From contig NC_043003.1 of assembly GCF_006345805.1 (NCBI RefSeq), positions 82,584,001-82,648,000 on the forward strand: a stretch of DNA of 64,000 nucleotides, given 5' to 3'. The stretch is from Octopus sinensis. Lineage: Eukaryota. The translations under genes and the position numbers were made by a program. Each line of letters begins with the position of its first letter. Within the stretch, counting starts at the first letter, position 1. The notes beneath the pieces were generated by a model, which made no database searches, was not told the origin of the DNA, and saw only the letters and a list, made by a program, of their open reading frames with translations. Positions 25,555 to 39,237 of this stretch are shown piece by piece.

Positions 25555-26668
25555 TGGTGCTATGTGTTTCCTTTGCTGCTTACATTATTCCACAGTGAAG
25601 TGTGGAGATCTGTCTGGACTGTTATCTTAGGAAACAACTCAGATTCATAACAAACACTAAACAACTACAGGCTGTTCCTATTATCCCTACAGAGAGCTTG
25701 CTACAAAATTTTGAAAGCAAACCTTTTTATCCCGGTTTTCCCACTTCGGGTTGTCACAATGAACTGAATACATAGCTTGTTTTACATTCAGTAGATTACA
25801 CATAGACACAATCACACACACACACACAAACAAACATAACTACATATGTGTAAGTTATTGTGTAGATAAGTATATATGTAGTGTTTTCTGATAAGATGGG
25901 GTTGGGGTATAGCTTTCAAATTTGTCAATTGTATAGAACCAAAAACAAGCTGCTGATTATTTTATTTTCTCTACATCAAAATGCTGAATTTCCTCTTTTT
26001 ACATAAAAGGAACGATAGTCGCGTAAGATTGTTTTTCTTACCATGCTCAAATTTTAAGGAAAATTTCAATTTATTATGAATTTATTGAATACGTCATTTA
26101 GTATATAACACAATTATTTAATTATCCAAATATTTTCAGTTTGCCCCTTTCAGTTATTCCTATTAGCTATATGCTAATTTTGAACGATGCAAATTATGCT
26201 TCAAGGAAAATATACGTAACACATTTTCTATAACTAAAAACTCAGTTACTGATCATAAAACTTGATTAGGCTGTACTATACTGACAAGATCAATAGAGCG
26301 AAACATCTCGAAGTTTCAGTCTATCTTTCTCTTAATCTTTCTGATAAATACGAGAAATTAATTCTTAATTTCTTGAAATTATTTTCCATTATTTTTGAGA
26401 GTCGCCAACAATTACTGCTAGAAGTTAGTTTACTTCCTATATTTTTCAAAGGAACTTCAATCAATTAGAATGTCTTAGGGTATCGCATTCAGCATCTCAT
26501 CTATTTTGAAATTCATTTATTATGCTAATTTCTGCCGTTGGCCGTTTTGGGATAGCTGCTTTATATCTTTATATATAATATATATATATATATATCTTGT
26601 GTGTTTGTATGCATTTGTAAGTATACATGTATCTCGATCTCTATATCTATATATATGGATATACGCCA

Positions 26669-26718
<50 letters not shown>

Positions 26719-27898
26719 CTGTATGCATGAATGTATGTATATATACGTATATATGCGTATATAATACATATATATGCACATATACGCATATATATATGTA
26801 CACAAGAAAAGTTGTTTCGATAATCGAATTATCACTATAATTGCGTATATTATAATTTTATTATTGCGATGCTCATGGTATATTTAAGATCTTGTGTTTC
26901 ATAGTCTTATGTATACTTTTTACACTGCCACCGGCGCTTCATTCATTATCTATTATGAATGTAGTCACATACTTTGTGGCTTATGCTTTATCTTAGGTTA
27001 CAACTTAGGTAGATATTTCGTGTGTGTATTAATCTAATGAACCGAAATTTCTAAAGTGGTGTGTGGCAACTGTGTTAATATCAGTAATAAGAGATGAGGT
27101 CTCACCTCACCTTTTGCCAGTTTTATCTGCAACGGACGGTCATTATGTATTGACTGCCTAAAAATATAAACAATTCACTTTTCATGCACTAGGTAATGAA
27201 AACAATGTGATATTAACTTAATCTATAGCACATCAGCGTGAATGGTATAGACATTATTACTTACAGTGCGAAATATGAACAGGTTCTAACCGTTTATGTG
27301 ACACTTAATATATGTCGGATGGAGTCTTTAGGGAGACTGAGCTCTCATTGACATTCGAAGAGCACTCCATGGTCTGAAGTCATACTCCGTATTTTGGAAG
27401 CGCAGAATGCGTAACTAATTCCCATGCAAAAGCTAAAACAGATTTATTCTCGGAAGAGCTTTAAGAAAGAATAATATATGAAGAGAGAGCGACAGAAGGA
27501 ATGGGTTTTACAGAACAGCAACGACAGCAACGGGTCATGGAAAGTGCGCTAACTCAGGACTGAAACCTAAAAATTCGAAGGGTTCCGGTATTAGTTGTTA
27601 CAGCGCATGGTTTTTTCGTGACGGGGGAACTAAACTGCATGAAGATAAATCGCAGATCGTCGCTTAGTGAAAAAAAAAAGAAAGCAAGTAAGTATCAGCA
27701 TGAACCCTGGAAGCTGTATAGGAAACTAGAAATTGAATCATCCGTTTATAGGGATTCCCTTAAGTTCCCTTTGGAAAGAAAGACAATCACGCTGGATCAA
27801 ACTGATATTCGTGTCTCATCTTGAGTTGAGATACATATGCTAGAAACACTTGAAAGATAAGCGTTTGCAAAATACGGCATTGACTCTTAGTAAATACA

Positions 27899-27955
<57 letters not shown>

Positions 27956-27963
<8 letters not shown>

Positions 27964-28230
27964 ATATTTCGGAATGGTCATTTTGCCAGTTTAGCCAATA
28001 AAAACACACGCACTATATATTTAGTGTTATTTTGCTTCAGTGTTATTTATTTTTTACATTAATCTTAATCTTATTTCGGTCAGAGTTCTTTCGTCACACT
28101 CCTGTGACCGCATCAGATTAAGATTAATGTAAAAAATAAATAACACTGAAGCAAAATAACACCAAATATATAGTGCGTGTGTTGTTACTGGCTAAACTGG
28201 CAAAATGACCATTCCGATATATAACAATAT
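27956..28230. repeat. long near-perfect inverted repeat (~115-bp arms, 43-nt loop) with an HHR-like loop
   Basis: Arms ~27956-28071 and 28115-28230 are reverse complements with about 4 mismatches; the loop on the minus strand reads CTGATGC-ggtca...tgacc-GAAA. Confidence 0.93.
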
Positions 28231-28303
28231 CTGTTTCAACACACGACTTCACATAAAAAATCTTGCACAACAAATATTTATATATATATATATATATATA
28301 ATG

Positions 28304-28575
28304 AAGGTGCGTGGCTTTGTGGTTAGTGGTATTCGGCTGAAGATCACAAGGTCGTGAGTTCATTACTAGACAGTCGTTGTGTCCTGGAGTAAAGCACTTT
28401 ATTTTACGTTGTTCCAGCCCGCTCAGCTGGCAAAAATAGGTATTGCATGTAATTCAGCGGGCCTTGTCATATTCTGTGTCACGCTGAGTCTCCTTGATTG
28501 TGCTCAGTCAATTGCATGGTAACTCCACGAGCAAGCTGTTCCATTTATCTGATCAACTGGAACACTCGTAGTCAT
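28304..28575 (+). mobile_element. tRNA-derived SINE with CORE-like central domain
   Basis: A box gtggctttgtggttag, B-box-like gtgagtttcatt, then gtgtcctggagtaaagcactttattttacgttg..cagctggcaaaaa. Confidence 0.7.
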
Positions 28576-28641
28576 TTAAAGTTATTGTCCATATATACAA
28601 CTCTCTCACTTTATATGTATACACACACACACACACACACA

Positions 28642-28678
<37 letters not shown>

Positions 28679-28989
28679 AGCATATGGGTCTATCACATTG
28701 ACAATGTCCTTACTAATTTATTAAATTCGTATACACCTGCAGATACATAACAAATATACACACATGCGCACGTTCATACACATATTGGACCATAAAATTC
28801 AGTCAGGCAAAATAAATTTGCGTCGCCTAAAAGATTTGTCAGGGAGTGGAGAAGGCTTGTAGTTTGGAGAACTAAATTCTTGGGTAAATATGTAGGGAAT
28901 AGGGAGCAGATGAGTGTATAAATTGCAGATTGTCGTGATGAAGATGACAAGGTGCACACCGTGAGAGCTGATGCAACTCAGAGAAGAAT

Positions 28990-29470
28990 TTTGAAAAATT
29001 ATAGGTGTTGTTGGTGACAATATGGTTGTCTGCACGATTCGATCTTGGATATTGTCCGCACGCTTGTGTTTCCTCTTGCTTTTCGAACTTGTCTTCTTTC
29101 TTCATACTTTCTCATCTTTTTCATTTTTTCCTCCATTTTTGCAATAAAACTTTTGTTCTAGTATTTTATCTCGCCACGTCTATCTTCTTTGATTTGATTT
29201 TTTCATTCTTCCGTAACTTTACCCCTTCAAGTGCAACATTTATGAATGTTTTTATATATTTAACTCTGATAGTACGTGCATACGAGTATATGTCATCTCC
29301 GAAAATGTGTATAATCCCATCCTCTCCAACACTACACTTTATGACATATGTATATAAATTATTCTCTATTCTCTCGCTATGTATCTTCTATACATCTACT
29401 TCTTTCTCTATTTTAGTAGACACCACTTTCACTAGTCCTTCACGAAGACCTCGGGCGAGCATGCATATAT
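28990..29470 (-). mobile_element. degenerate RTE-like LINE 3' end
   Basis: VLERM, TWRDKI, RRQVRKAR and terminal CGQYPRS resemble RTE C-termini. Confidence 0.45.
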
Positions 29471-31948
29471 GTTTTCAGAATAATCACAGTTCTAGATTAA
29501 AATCTTAGCTCCCAAGCATGTTTTGTTCTAAATATACTGACACTGTCTCTTTGAGCCTGTCACTTCTTTATCATTTACACATATACCCGCGCGCCAACAC
29601 ACACACGCACGTACACACATATAAATATATACATTTATAAATATATAACTTGTATTACTTTGCTAGATGTTCACAATTAAAAGAAGAGGTAGAAAAGCAA
29701 TATTATATGTATTACATTAGTTTATACTTTTATTCATATTAATTATTTCAAATGATTGTACAGACTTATTCTTAGATGATATTAATGTATAAATACGAAT
29801 GATGGACTTGGGAAACAATGATATTTTTGCTGCAGTATTTATACAAATATTAACACTCAATTCACAAGAGAAATAAAATGACGTTACATTGTAAAAAAAT
29901 GTAATATACCTGTGCCCATGATGCACCATACTTTCATATAAAAAATTAAAAGAAAGACATCTAATTAATTATCGAACGCAAAATTACATGGAAGACAAAC
30001 GATATTGTACTAAACATCCTAAGCAAAGACTGACTCTAATTACTTATCCTATACTAAAGAGTAATTTACTTTTTTATCCAATAAAAATATCACCAATAAC
30101 ATTTCGTAGTGTGAGATACACTAAAGCTTGTAAAGCACAAAATCTTGCCTTGATTAGACCAGAAATGCTGCTGAAATTATATGGTTTCCAAACACTTCAT
30201 CAGCTCAATTACCATTACATTATCATGATCAATATACATTGTAGATATGTATGAATTGTTGGAAATAGAACGAAGTACAATGGCTTCATGATTATATTTT
30301 ACTAATGAATAAAATAAAACACTAAACATAAACATAATGGTGAAAAATTATGTTCTGTATTTAATCGGTGTCTAAGAATGAAAATAAACTGCAATTCATA
30401 ACTTGTAGAAATATAAGATGCTTGTTCATTGTGTATACAACATATTTTCTCACAAAAAATATACAAATACATCATTGGCTGCACCAAAACATGAAACGTG
30501 ACAAGAAAACTAATAGAAATTATGAATCTGATACAAGATATAATTATCTAATGAATGTATTTGGCGTGAATATCAACAGTGGTTATGTTACCCAACAACT
30601 GAAATTTGTAATGATATTAAGAGTGGTGAGTTCTTTTCTTCCTTCGTATCTCTCATTATATTGTTCAATTTTGGCCACTCTTTCGTGAGTGGTCTATACC
30701 GTCGGTTCATATTAATTTTTAATAAGCAAATTATAAATCTTTGAAGATTTACATATAACATAGAATACATACATTTTGTTGGCTCGTTTCAGAAGTTCTC
30801 ACCGTACAGAAAGCACAACAGGGTTTAAGAGCTTACTCTATTAATTTATATCATTGTTTAAAGCAATTCATTTTCCAGAATAAACCGCGAAAGTATCCTT
30901 TCTAAAATTGCAGTTACTATTCTAACTACAATACCAGTTAAGAAAAGAAATTACAGAAATAATTGTTAAGTGTTATAATATTTTTATCAAAAATATGATA
31001 AAACACATTAAATACATTTCAAGAATTGTATATTCATTTTTCTTCTATTTGTTCTGAAGGGAATTTTTCATCAAATTCAAATTATGTTATCTCCATTTAA
31101 AGTTCCCGAAAGGAAAATATATAAGTAAAAACAATGTTAAATATAAAAAAATATAAACGGAATTTAATTGTAAAGCTTCTGGCAACAACATTACGAGAGA
31201 ACGAAGCATTGTCCTAGACACTTAACTGTCCGATTTGAAAATAAAATAGCAGAAAAGCAATTCCTTAAAGATTCTTTTGGAAAATAAATAAAAGTAAGAA
31301 ACAGGAGTTAAAGCAAATGAAACATTTATCGAGGATATGGAAGAGAAAAAGGTAATTTTAAATAGTCAACGTTTTAGCGTATTAATGACGGGACAAGAAT
31401 ACATATAATGTATATGGTGTAGTGTGATGTAATGGTAGTTTCCAGGAATTATGACAATAATGAATAGTTAGATAGCATACTATCGCCAAATGAGATATTC
31501 GAGATATATTTATCTATATATATATATATACATACATACATATATACATAACACATACATACATACATACAAACATATATATGTTCGAAATGAGTGTTTT
31601 ATAGTTTGGCAAAATCAAATGTGGGATTAAACTAATGAGCAAACCCATCTCTGCAGAAATTCTATTTGAAAGACAAAAGTATATAGCGATCAAAAGCTGG
31701 ATGTGATAACGGAAATTCTTGAAGTCAACTTTAGAACCCTTTCACAAATAATCACTGGTCATTATTAAACATATATTGTACACAATATATACTAACGTTG
31801 GATATCTCAAATATTGGAAAACATCTTTTATCAGATCAATATAGTTAAAATATTTGATTTTTACACTCGAAGTAGATTGACATTTACTATTTACGGATAA
31901 TAATCTTTGTAGTTCAATGCAGGATTTTTTATTCGTTATCTTTTATAT

Positions 31949-32245
31949 GTTTCAGTCATTAGACTTTGACCATACAGGAGCATTGCAGTGAAGAATTTTT
32001 AGCCAAATGAATCGACTCCAGTACTTAATTTTTTCCTTAGCCCGGTACTATTCTATCGGTCACATTTGCCGAATTGCTAAGTTACAGTTATGTAAATACA
32101 CCAACACCAATCGTGAATCAGTGGCAGGACACACACACACATATATACGACGTGATTCCTCTAGTTTCCTTCTACGAAATCCACCCACAAGGCATTGATC
32201 AGCCCAAGGGTATCGTAAAAGACACTTGCCTAATGTGCCACTTGC
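31949..32245 (-). mobile_element. degenerate SINE (family A)
   Basis: gtttcagtcattagac...tattctatcggtc...cacaaggc...gacacttgcc. Confidence 0.7.
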
Positions 32246-32431
32246 TTAAGGTGTCACACCTGCACATAAAAATATGTGCCAACAACCGGATGCCGAAATC
32301 CATGATAGTCAATGATAGTCAACATTTTTATATGTTATGAAATAAGTAAACTGGGGATTAACTATAACTGAAACAGACCCTGACTAATCGTTGTTTAGTT
32401 TCTACAAACATCAAGTTTTAGTATATGTATA

Positions 32432-32602
32432 CATACGACGGGTTTCTTTTAGTTTCCGCCTACCAAATTCACTCACAAATCCTTTGGTTGACCCCAGTCT
32501 GTAGTAGGAGGCACTTGCACAACATGCCACGCAGTGAGGCTGAACTCTGAACCATGTGGTTGAGAATCAAGATTCTTACCGCACAGTCACTCTTGCGTCT
32601 AT
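32432..32602 (-). mobile_element. SINE (family A) head
   Basis: acgacgggtttcttttagtttccgcctacc...aaccatgtggttg. Confidence 0.8.
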
Positions 32603-34299
32603 GCATTATGTAGAATTAGTTTCCTTTTTTGTTTTTAAACTGTTTAACTCTTACAGAGTTATATATTACTTATGACTCGAATAAGGATAAATAAGCTAAT
32701 GAGCCTACAATAAAATCACTTTAAAGCAATTTCTTCTCATCTAATGTCTGGTCGACATATATTACTGGTGTCTTCCCGTCTCAAATATTAATATTAGAAC
32801 AATAGATATTCTTAGTTTAACAAATTTATGTTAATAGACAGAAAGAAGCCATATATAATTCTGTAATTATTGTAACACATTTCCCTGTTTAAGAAAAGAA
32901 TAAATGTGCTTAAACCAATGTGTGTTTCAATACATGAAAATCAGCTTATGATGTGAAGAACCAACTGCTTTACACATGATAATTCATTGCTTCCGTTCAA
33001 CATTATTTATACGCATTTCTTTATTAATTTACCAAAGGACTAATACATAATAGCCAGTGGTTTTAAATGTTGTTCATACGTTTGATTAGTTATGATACAA
33101 ATTTCGGTCCGAATCGAAAATTTGAGCATTTTCATGAAATATTCATAAGGAAAATTAAGCTGTGATATAATCAATTTTGACAAAGGAATAAGTCCTTCCA
33201 GACTTTGAAGCCAAATTAGAGGCAACGGTATTAAATTGTGTTGCACTAAAATCTCTGTCATTAGAGAAAGTAAATTTTTTTCTGTCTCTGTTGATCATAT
33301 CTCGTGAGTGCACAAGTCTTTATTACTCGATTATTAGTAATTCTCTTCAACATAATGATTCCTATTTAAAACATAGTGTAATACACGAAGCTATCAAACA
33401 TTTTCATCAAGCTATTTTTGGGGCATTAATCTACGGAAAACGTGCAACATAATTTTGCAAACCACACGACACATGTGTTTGATATTAACATTAAACTTTG
33501 TTATAATTTTTAATTCTTAATTTTTACTGACTTGAAACACAAAATTGACGAAATGAAGATACGATACATAAATGAAAAGCATTTCAAGTGGTTCTGAAGA
33601 TAAAATTGAGGAAACAACTAATCTGAAACTTAAATTTTAATTACGAGGGAGATATCGTAAATCAGTGAATCGACAAAGTCTAATAAATGTGAATACACTT
33701 CTGCATAATATTCTGTATTTTTGTTTATACACCAAACCATTGATAGCTTTCTATACCTACTTGTAACTTTATGCCTAACAAATCTCTCTCTCTCTCTCTC
33801 CTCTTCCTATACTGCGTATGCACACGAAAAAGAGAGAGATGTGAGGAGAAAGACAGTGAATTGTCTACGAATCAATATGTATTTCCTTCTCTTCATCAAA
33901 TGATATTTTCTCTGAATTGCTTTGAATATACATTCGTTTTAAGGAAGCCTTCCTAACTCCAACAGCAAATTATCTCTTCAAACGAATTTAAACAGGCCTT
34001 TTCAAACGAACCTCGATTTCTTCGTGCACAATAGGACTTATGGATTCACTATTAACAGTCGTAAATTTAAATGAAAGAAAAATTGTGATACTGAGCCTGT
34101 GTACTCTTTGACAGCAAAGGAGTAATTCGGACCTCATTTAACTTTTCAAAAGTCTTCAAAATGTTTATCTACATTCTTTGAAAAGAAAGGTTTAGGCCTT
34201 TCATACAAATTAAAGTGTCAGTCGAATAATCGAGCATTTTGTTGGAATTCTCTGTCACTTCGGCACACCGCCTTAAAATATTTCATTTACTTTACATTT

Positions 34300-34750
34300 C
34301 AATGAAATGTGTAAAAGATTTACTGCTTAGTCGTCAATAATCATCAGTCTGGAAGAGAATAAAACCTGGATACTCACTGTTCAAATCTTGCCAAAATATT
34401 TGAATGAGCAATGGTTCAAAGCGCGTCCATCCCTGATCCAGTTGGTAGCCTTCACATAAGCATGAAGAAAATTCCTACAGTAACGAAGGAATGATTTTCA
34501 TACCAAAGCATACTGATGAAGAGAGTAATAGATAAATTGCAAATCTAGAATCCATTCGTATTGCTTCAGAGAAAATAGGATTATATCCAACCACTGCAAA
34601 TACTGAAGTCAGAACACACTAAACACCAGAGCCTTATATATTTAAAGAATTTCTCCTATATCACTCTCTTGCCGTTGAGCGTGTTTTGATATCTTAACAA
34701 ATCATGAAATGATTTGTTTCAGAGAACTGTCATTGATATATCTTACTACT
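34300..34750 (+). mobile_element. possible degenerate LINE RT fragment
   Basis: A segment encoding YTDE (frameshifted; YADD-like) followed by LESIRIASEKIGLYPTTANTE resembles RT motifs 5-6. Confidence 0.3.
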
Positions 34751-35129
34751 GACACGAATTTGTTACAACAGGACTTAACAATTAACTTAGTAAAATAAAT
34801 GTTTTCGATGGACGAGTTCTTATAGCTGAAATGGTTTGTTACAAATTATCTTCATTTAAATATGGTTCTATTTTTAATTACAGTGTTTTGGCGGGACACT
34901 TACTTTAATATTATATAGCTGCCCTTTCCAATGTCTAATGATTGAAGGAATGTGATACTGAATGGCATTTGGCTCCTTATAAACCACACTATATTAAGAA
35001 AATAGTAATAGGTTTTTAAATGAGCATTTTTCAGTATCAGTTACCCGACCTCAAGCCACTCAATATCAATTGTGCCATGCTTGACCTTTAAATCGATTTC
35101 AGTTGGGAAACACAAATGATGTATATATG

Positions 35130-35265
35130 TAAGAAACTTGCTTCCGAACCACATGGTTCCGGACTTAGTCACACTGCGTGGTACTTTGGACAGATGTTTT
35201 CTATTAAAGTCTCACGCCAACCAAACTTGTAAGTAGATTTTTTAGGGAGGAATCTGAAAAACCGT

Positions 35266-35272
<7 letters not shown>
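35130..35272 (+). mobile_element. SINE (family A) head followed by (TA)n
   Basis: gtaagaaacttgcttccgaaccacatggttccgg. Confidence 0.75.
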
Positions 35273-35346
<74 letters not shown>

Positions 35347-35499
35347 AAAATAGAAATTACACGTGTAAATGTAAGGGGAAAGTAAAAAGATAGACAAGCG
35401 AAAATGCGCATTGGAAATCAAAAAGAGTAAAGGCTTTTTATGAAAAGCAACGATAGATGTATACAATTAGAGGAACTGAGGCAAAAATACAAGTAATAA

Positions 35500-36530
35500 A
35501 AGTAATTATTGTGAATTGTTAAAGAGATTCAAAAGCATAACGATTTCGTAAAATTTCAAATCATTGCTTTGAATGTACACCGATTACCGGACGGTGTCAG
35601 GTCTACTAGTCCCTGAGTAGAAAGATTACGTGTAAGGGAGGTAATTAGTTCTCGATTTGGTGCCATTAGGGTAGATATAGATCTGTAATGTGAATGGTGT
35701 ATGAGATGTATGGTGGTTAGTGGTATTAATTGATAGGTTAGTAGTGTTCTGTATTATGCTATGTGTTCATATTGAGTTGTGGAAGATATTTATTGATTAA
35801 AGTTGCCTCTTTATTCATTCTTTGTTGTAATGGGGTGTTCTGTGAACATTGATATAAGGGGAAAATTAGGAAATTAGGATTAAGATTCCTAGCACACCAT
35901 GTGTTCACTGCCCTGTATCTGTCCGTATTGTGGGTGGCTAGTTGTTCTTCGTGGAGAATGTTTCTTCGACAGAGTAATATTCCTGTTTGGCCAATATAAT
36001 TTTTAACACACCCTAAGTATGTTATAGCATATATTAGATTTTCCGAGGTGCAGGTGAAATTTGATTTAATCTTAAATATTTTACCTTGTCTAAAGTGGAA
36101 CTCTGAACCCTCCAAAATGTGGGGGCATGTACCACAGTTAGGTCGACCACATTTTTTCACTTTTGGGTCTGTTATTAATGGATATAGTCTTGCGCTGGTA
36201 AATACTTTTTCAATGATTTAGCTTGCATTTTGGTTTTGATAATTTTGCGTGAGCCTAAAATTTTATTCATTGTTTTATCTCCTGTAAGGATGGGTAGATT
36301 TTAGACGATAATGTTGAAGGCTTCGTTGTTTCTAAGGTTATGTGTGGAGATGTATGGGAGTATTTTAAAGTCTGGTTTAGTATTTCGTTTGACTTTCCTT
36401 AATGTTCGTATATATATTTCCTAAGCTCGTATAATGCCATCATGTAGTAAGGATATTGGGTAATATCTTTTGATTAGTATTAATCTGAGTTCAAGGAGTC
36501 TTCGTTCACGAGTTTAGGTGGCCAAAACTG
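35500..36530 (-). mobile_element. Penelope-like element 3' relic (Neptune-type, Cys-rich linker + GIY-YIG endonuclease)
   Basis: ORF 35759-36160: CGRPNCGTC...FTCTSENLIYAITYLGCVKNYIGQTG...RMNKEATLINKYLPQLN; upstream LIKRYYP and LPYISTHN are PLE thumb/linker motifs. Confidence 0.88.
35528..35573 (-). ncRNA. degenerate hammerhead relic downstream of the GIY-YIG ORF
   Basis: Reverse complement ttcaaagca-ATGATT-tgaaattttac-GAAA-tcgtta-tgcttttgaa: strong stem I, damaged core. Confidence 0.35.
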
Positions 36531-36573
36531 TGGTACAGATTATTTTCGCTAGATTATAAGCAGATCAAATGTA

Positions 36574-36767
36574 CGAGAGGGTGTTGAAAAGTTCCTGGCG
36601 TGTGGTGCCTCGCTGGAGATAAAATACTTCGAGATCTTTTACAGGAATTAGGAAAGCAGGAGGGACATTCTGAATCTGAGAGGGAAATATCTTGAAAAAA
36701 ATCATAATTAACCGATCCTCGTGTATTTTCTTTTACCCAATGTCAGAAAGGTTTCTGCACTCCCTCG
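36574..36767. mobile_element. internally deleted mariner (MITE-like)
   Basis: Imperfect TIRs cgagagggtgttgaaaagttcctg and cagaaaggtttctgcactccctcg; TA on the left; interior resembles a mariner C-terminus. Confidence 0.55.
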
Positions 36768-38914
36768 TTGAACTTAATGTATACACCACACAAATACATA
36801 TGATCAGACTCACGTTCAATGTTTATATCTCATTTTCGCTTGTTATACACATAAATAAATTCTATGCCACAAAAGGCTTACACCTTCCATGAACATCATG
36901 CCCGCATTTACCAATACGTCGTTCAACAGAGACACTCTCTTCCTAAGCTGACCTTGGTCCACTCACGAACTTTTATTTTCGATCTCCCATTTTTTCATTT
37001 TCTCTCTCACTTTCTCTTTCCTTCTCTTAGGTAAACTTCATCCTTTTCTAAACGTAAAGATATGATGACTCTGAAGTCATAAGAGCTAATTCACATCCAT
37101 GGAGAGAAATATACTCACTAGCACATAAACTGTTATTGGAATCATCATAAATATTTCGTTCTTTCTATTCTTGAATTAATTTCGTCGAAACTCAGCCGTG
37201 GCTTTTAATATTATGAACGCAAACATTATGATTAATAGGCCAACATTATTCCTTCGTTTCCTACTTTACACTTTCTCCTCCTGCTATTTCAACTATTCAT
37301 CTAATAGTAGTAAAAACCTTCATTTCATTTCCTTGCATTTTACTGACGGTAAATTTCCATTGCAAAATTTTTCACTGCATTGTTGCAACTTAGTAGATTT
37401 TTCGATACGATGCAAATCAATTCAAGGATAGTGCTTCAAAAGGAATCCTATTTAGTAGTATATCGTTTTGCATCAGTGGATTTAGCTGAATCATTTAAGA
37501 TATTAATAAATATACAGGGAGTAAAGCAACTAGTGCAAAAAAATTTTACCCTTGAACTAAAATTTACGCTGTTTCCACCGTGTATGATATAACTAAATAT
37601 TTTTGAGCGAAAAGTATTATCCTTAACTAGAGTGAAAGCCAAAAACATGCGGAAATAGCAAAGACACTAAAATATCTCAAATAAATGTCAGAATGACATA
37701 TCAAACCGAACACAATCGTTTTCCTTTGGTGTGTTCTATTTATATTCCATATATAATGTTCTATAATTACAATATGTGCATTAAAAAATATTCCTCTGAA
37801 TGTTCTCAGTATCACGGGGATTGTGTGTATTTTTACTTACAGTTTAAGGGTGAAGTATAACTTGCGACTAAACATAGCAGCTGGAATTAAATTGTCACTT
37901 TTTTTTTATTTTAGATATGATTCACGTTATAATTCTGCTCCATTCTCGTTTCATTAGCGAGTTTTAGCGATACTGCTTTAGGACATCAAATTTTCAGTTT
38001 GAATCATATGTCATTTTAACATTATATTTTTATAAATTTAGTGACATTGCTCTGGGAGATCTTTAAATTTTTAGGTATTTCAATAAGCGTCTGATTTGCT
38101 CTACGGCTGACGATATTCAATTGGGCTCAAACCGCTTTAGAAATCTCAGATAATATGAAAAAAATTACCGTTTTTTTCTTTTTTTCAGGGTACATTATCT
38201 ATTATTTCTGTTTCACTTTCTACAACTTTTATGAATTTAAAAGATACAGTAGTATCTATTGATACAAAAGTATGTTTCGGCAAATATGACGGTGATTGGT
38301 GTATCATTCATGAATAAATTGTCCATGTATTATTTTCAAACAATCAGCTGAACTGCAAAAAAAAACAGTATAAATATTTTCTGTCTACTTTGATGTTTAA
38401 CTTTTTATTCTCGAGAAAAAACATTTCATCAATGCAACTCAGGAGGATATAGAAAATTTAAGTAATACACTGCAAGTCAGCCGTTAAATAGCAACATAAA
38501 GCATAATTATGTCTCAAAAGACTCGTAGGTAGTTTACACTTACCAAATAACTATATTCTTAGTTTTGTTATCAATAAATACTGTGCTCTCATTTACGTAG
38601 GTTGTAAATATTAGCTGTAAGACCATCAATTAATGTGACCCGAGATTTAAGTGTTTAACTTCAAGGCTGTCTACACTAATCTTAAACAGCCTTGTTTCTA
38701 TTTCCTTCTTAAATTGAGTCTGGGAATATCACTGCTTCTGTGGAAGATTGCTGAAAATGGCACTTCCTTTCGGATATTAAATATATACAGATTTATTTAT
38801 TTGACAAAGTTTATATATACGTACAAGTATATATATATATATGTGTGTGTATGTGTGTGTGTGTGTGGTGTGTGTGTGTGTGTGTGTGTGTATGTATCTA
38901 TGTATAGTTAATCC

Positions 38915-39110
38915 AAACATGAAGAAAGAGAAAATACAACAACGCGAGGACGTGGAACAAGTATAGTGTTATTGGAAGCTCAGAAAAGGAAAGAAAGGAG
39001 GATTTAACTTTTCAAGCGGAGCTCTTTGTCAGAAACACAAAAAGGAAAGGTCCAAGGAAGGGAAGACGGAGAAATAAAATCGCCGACGATACACACGCGA
39101 TGACATATTG
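38915..39110 (-). mobile_element. short PLE-pLTR-like repeat with minimal HHR motif (third family)
   Basis: Reverse complement gttt-CTGACAA-a-gagc-tcc-gctt-GAAA-ag-tt-aaat at ~39002-39036 has the same geometry as the 4485 and 43427 motifs. Confidence 0.55.
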
Positions 39111-39237
39111 AAATATATATACATTTATATATACATATATACATATATACATACATACATACATACATACAAACAATAATACATACATGCATACATACAT
39201 ACATACATACATACGTACATACATACATACATACATT

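Noticed and set aside
27290-27850. GC-richer block possibly coding
   Set aside because: Frames contain stops or give no recognisable motif; probably an unclassified repeat, but this cannot be supported.
30555-30630. Cys-containing frame CIWREYQQWLCYPTTEICNDIKS ending at a GTGAGT donor
   Set aside because: There is an in-frame stop just upstream and no AG acceptor between the stop and the segment.
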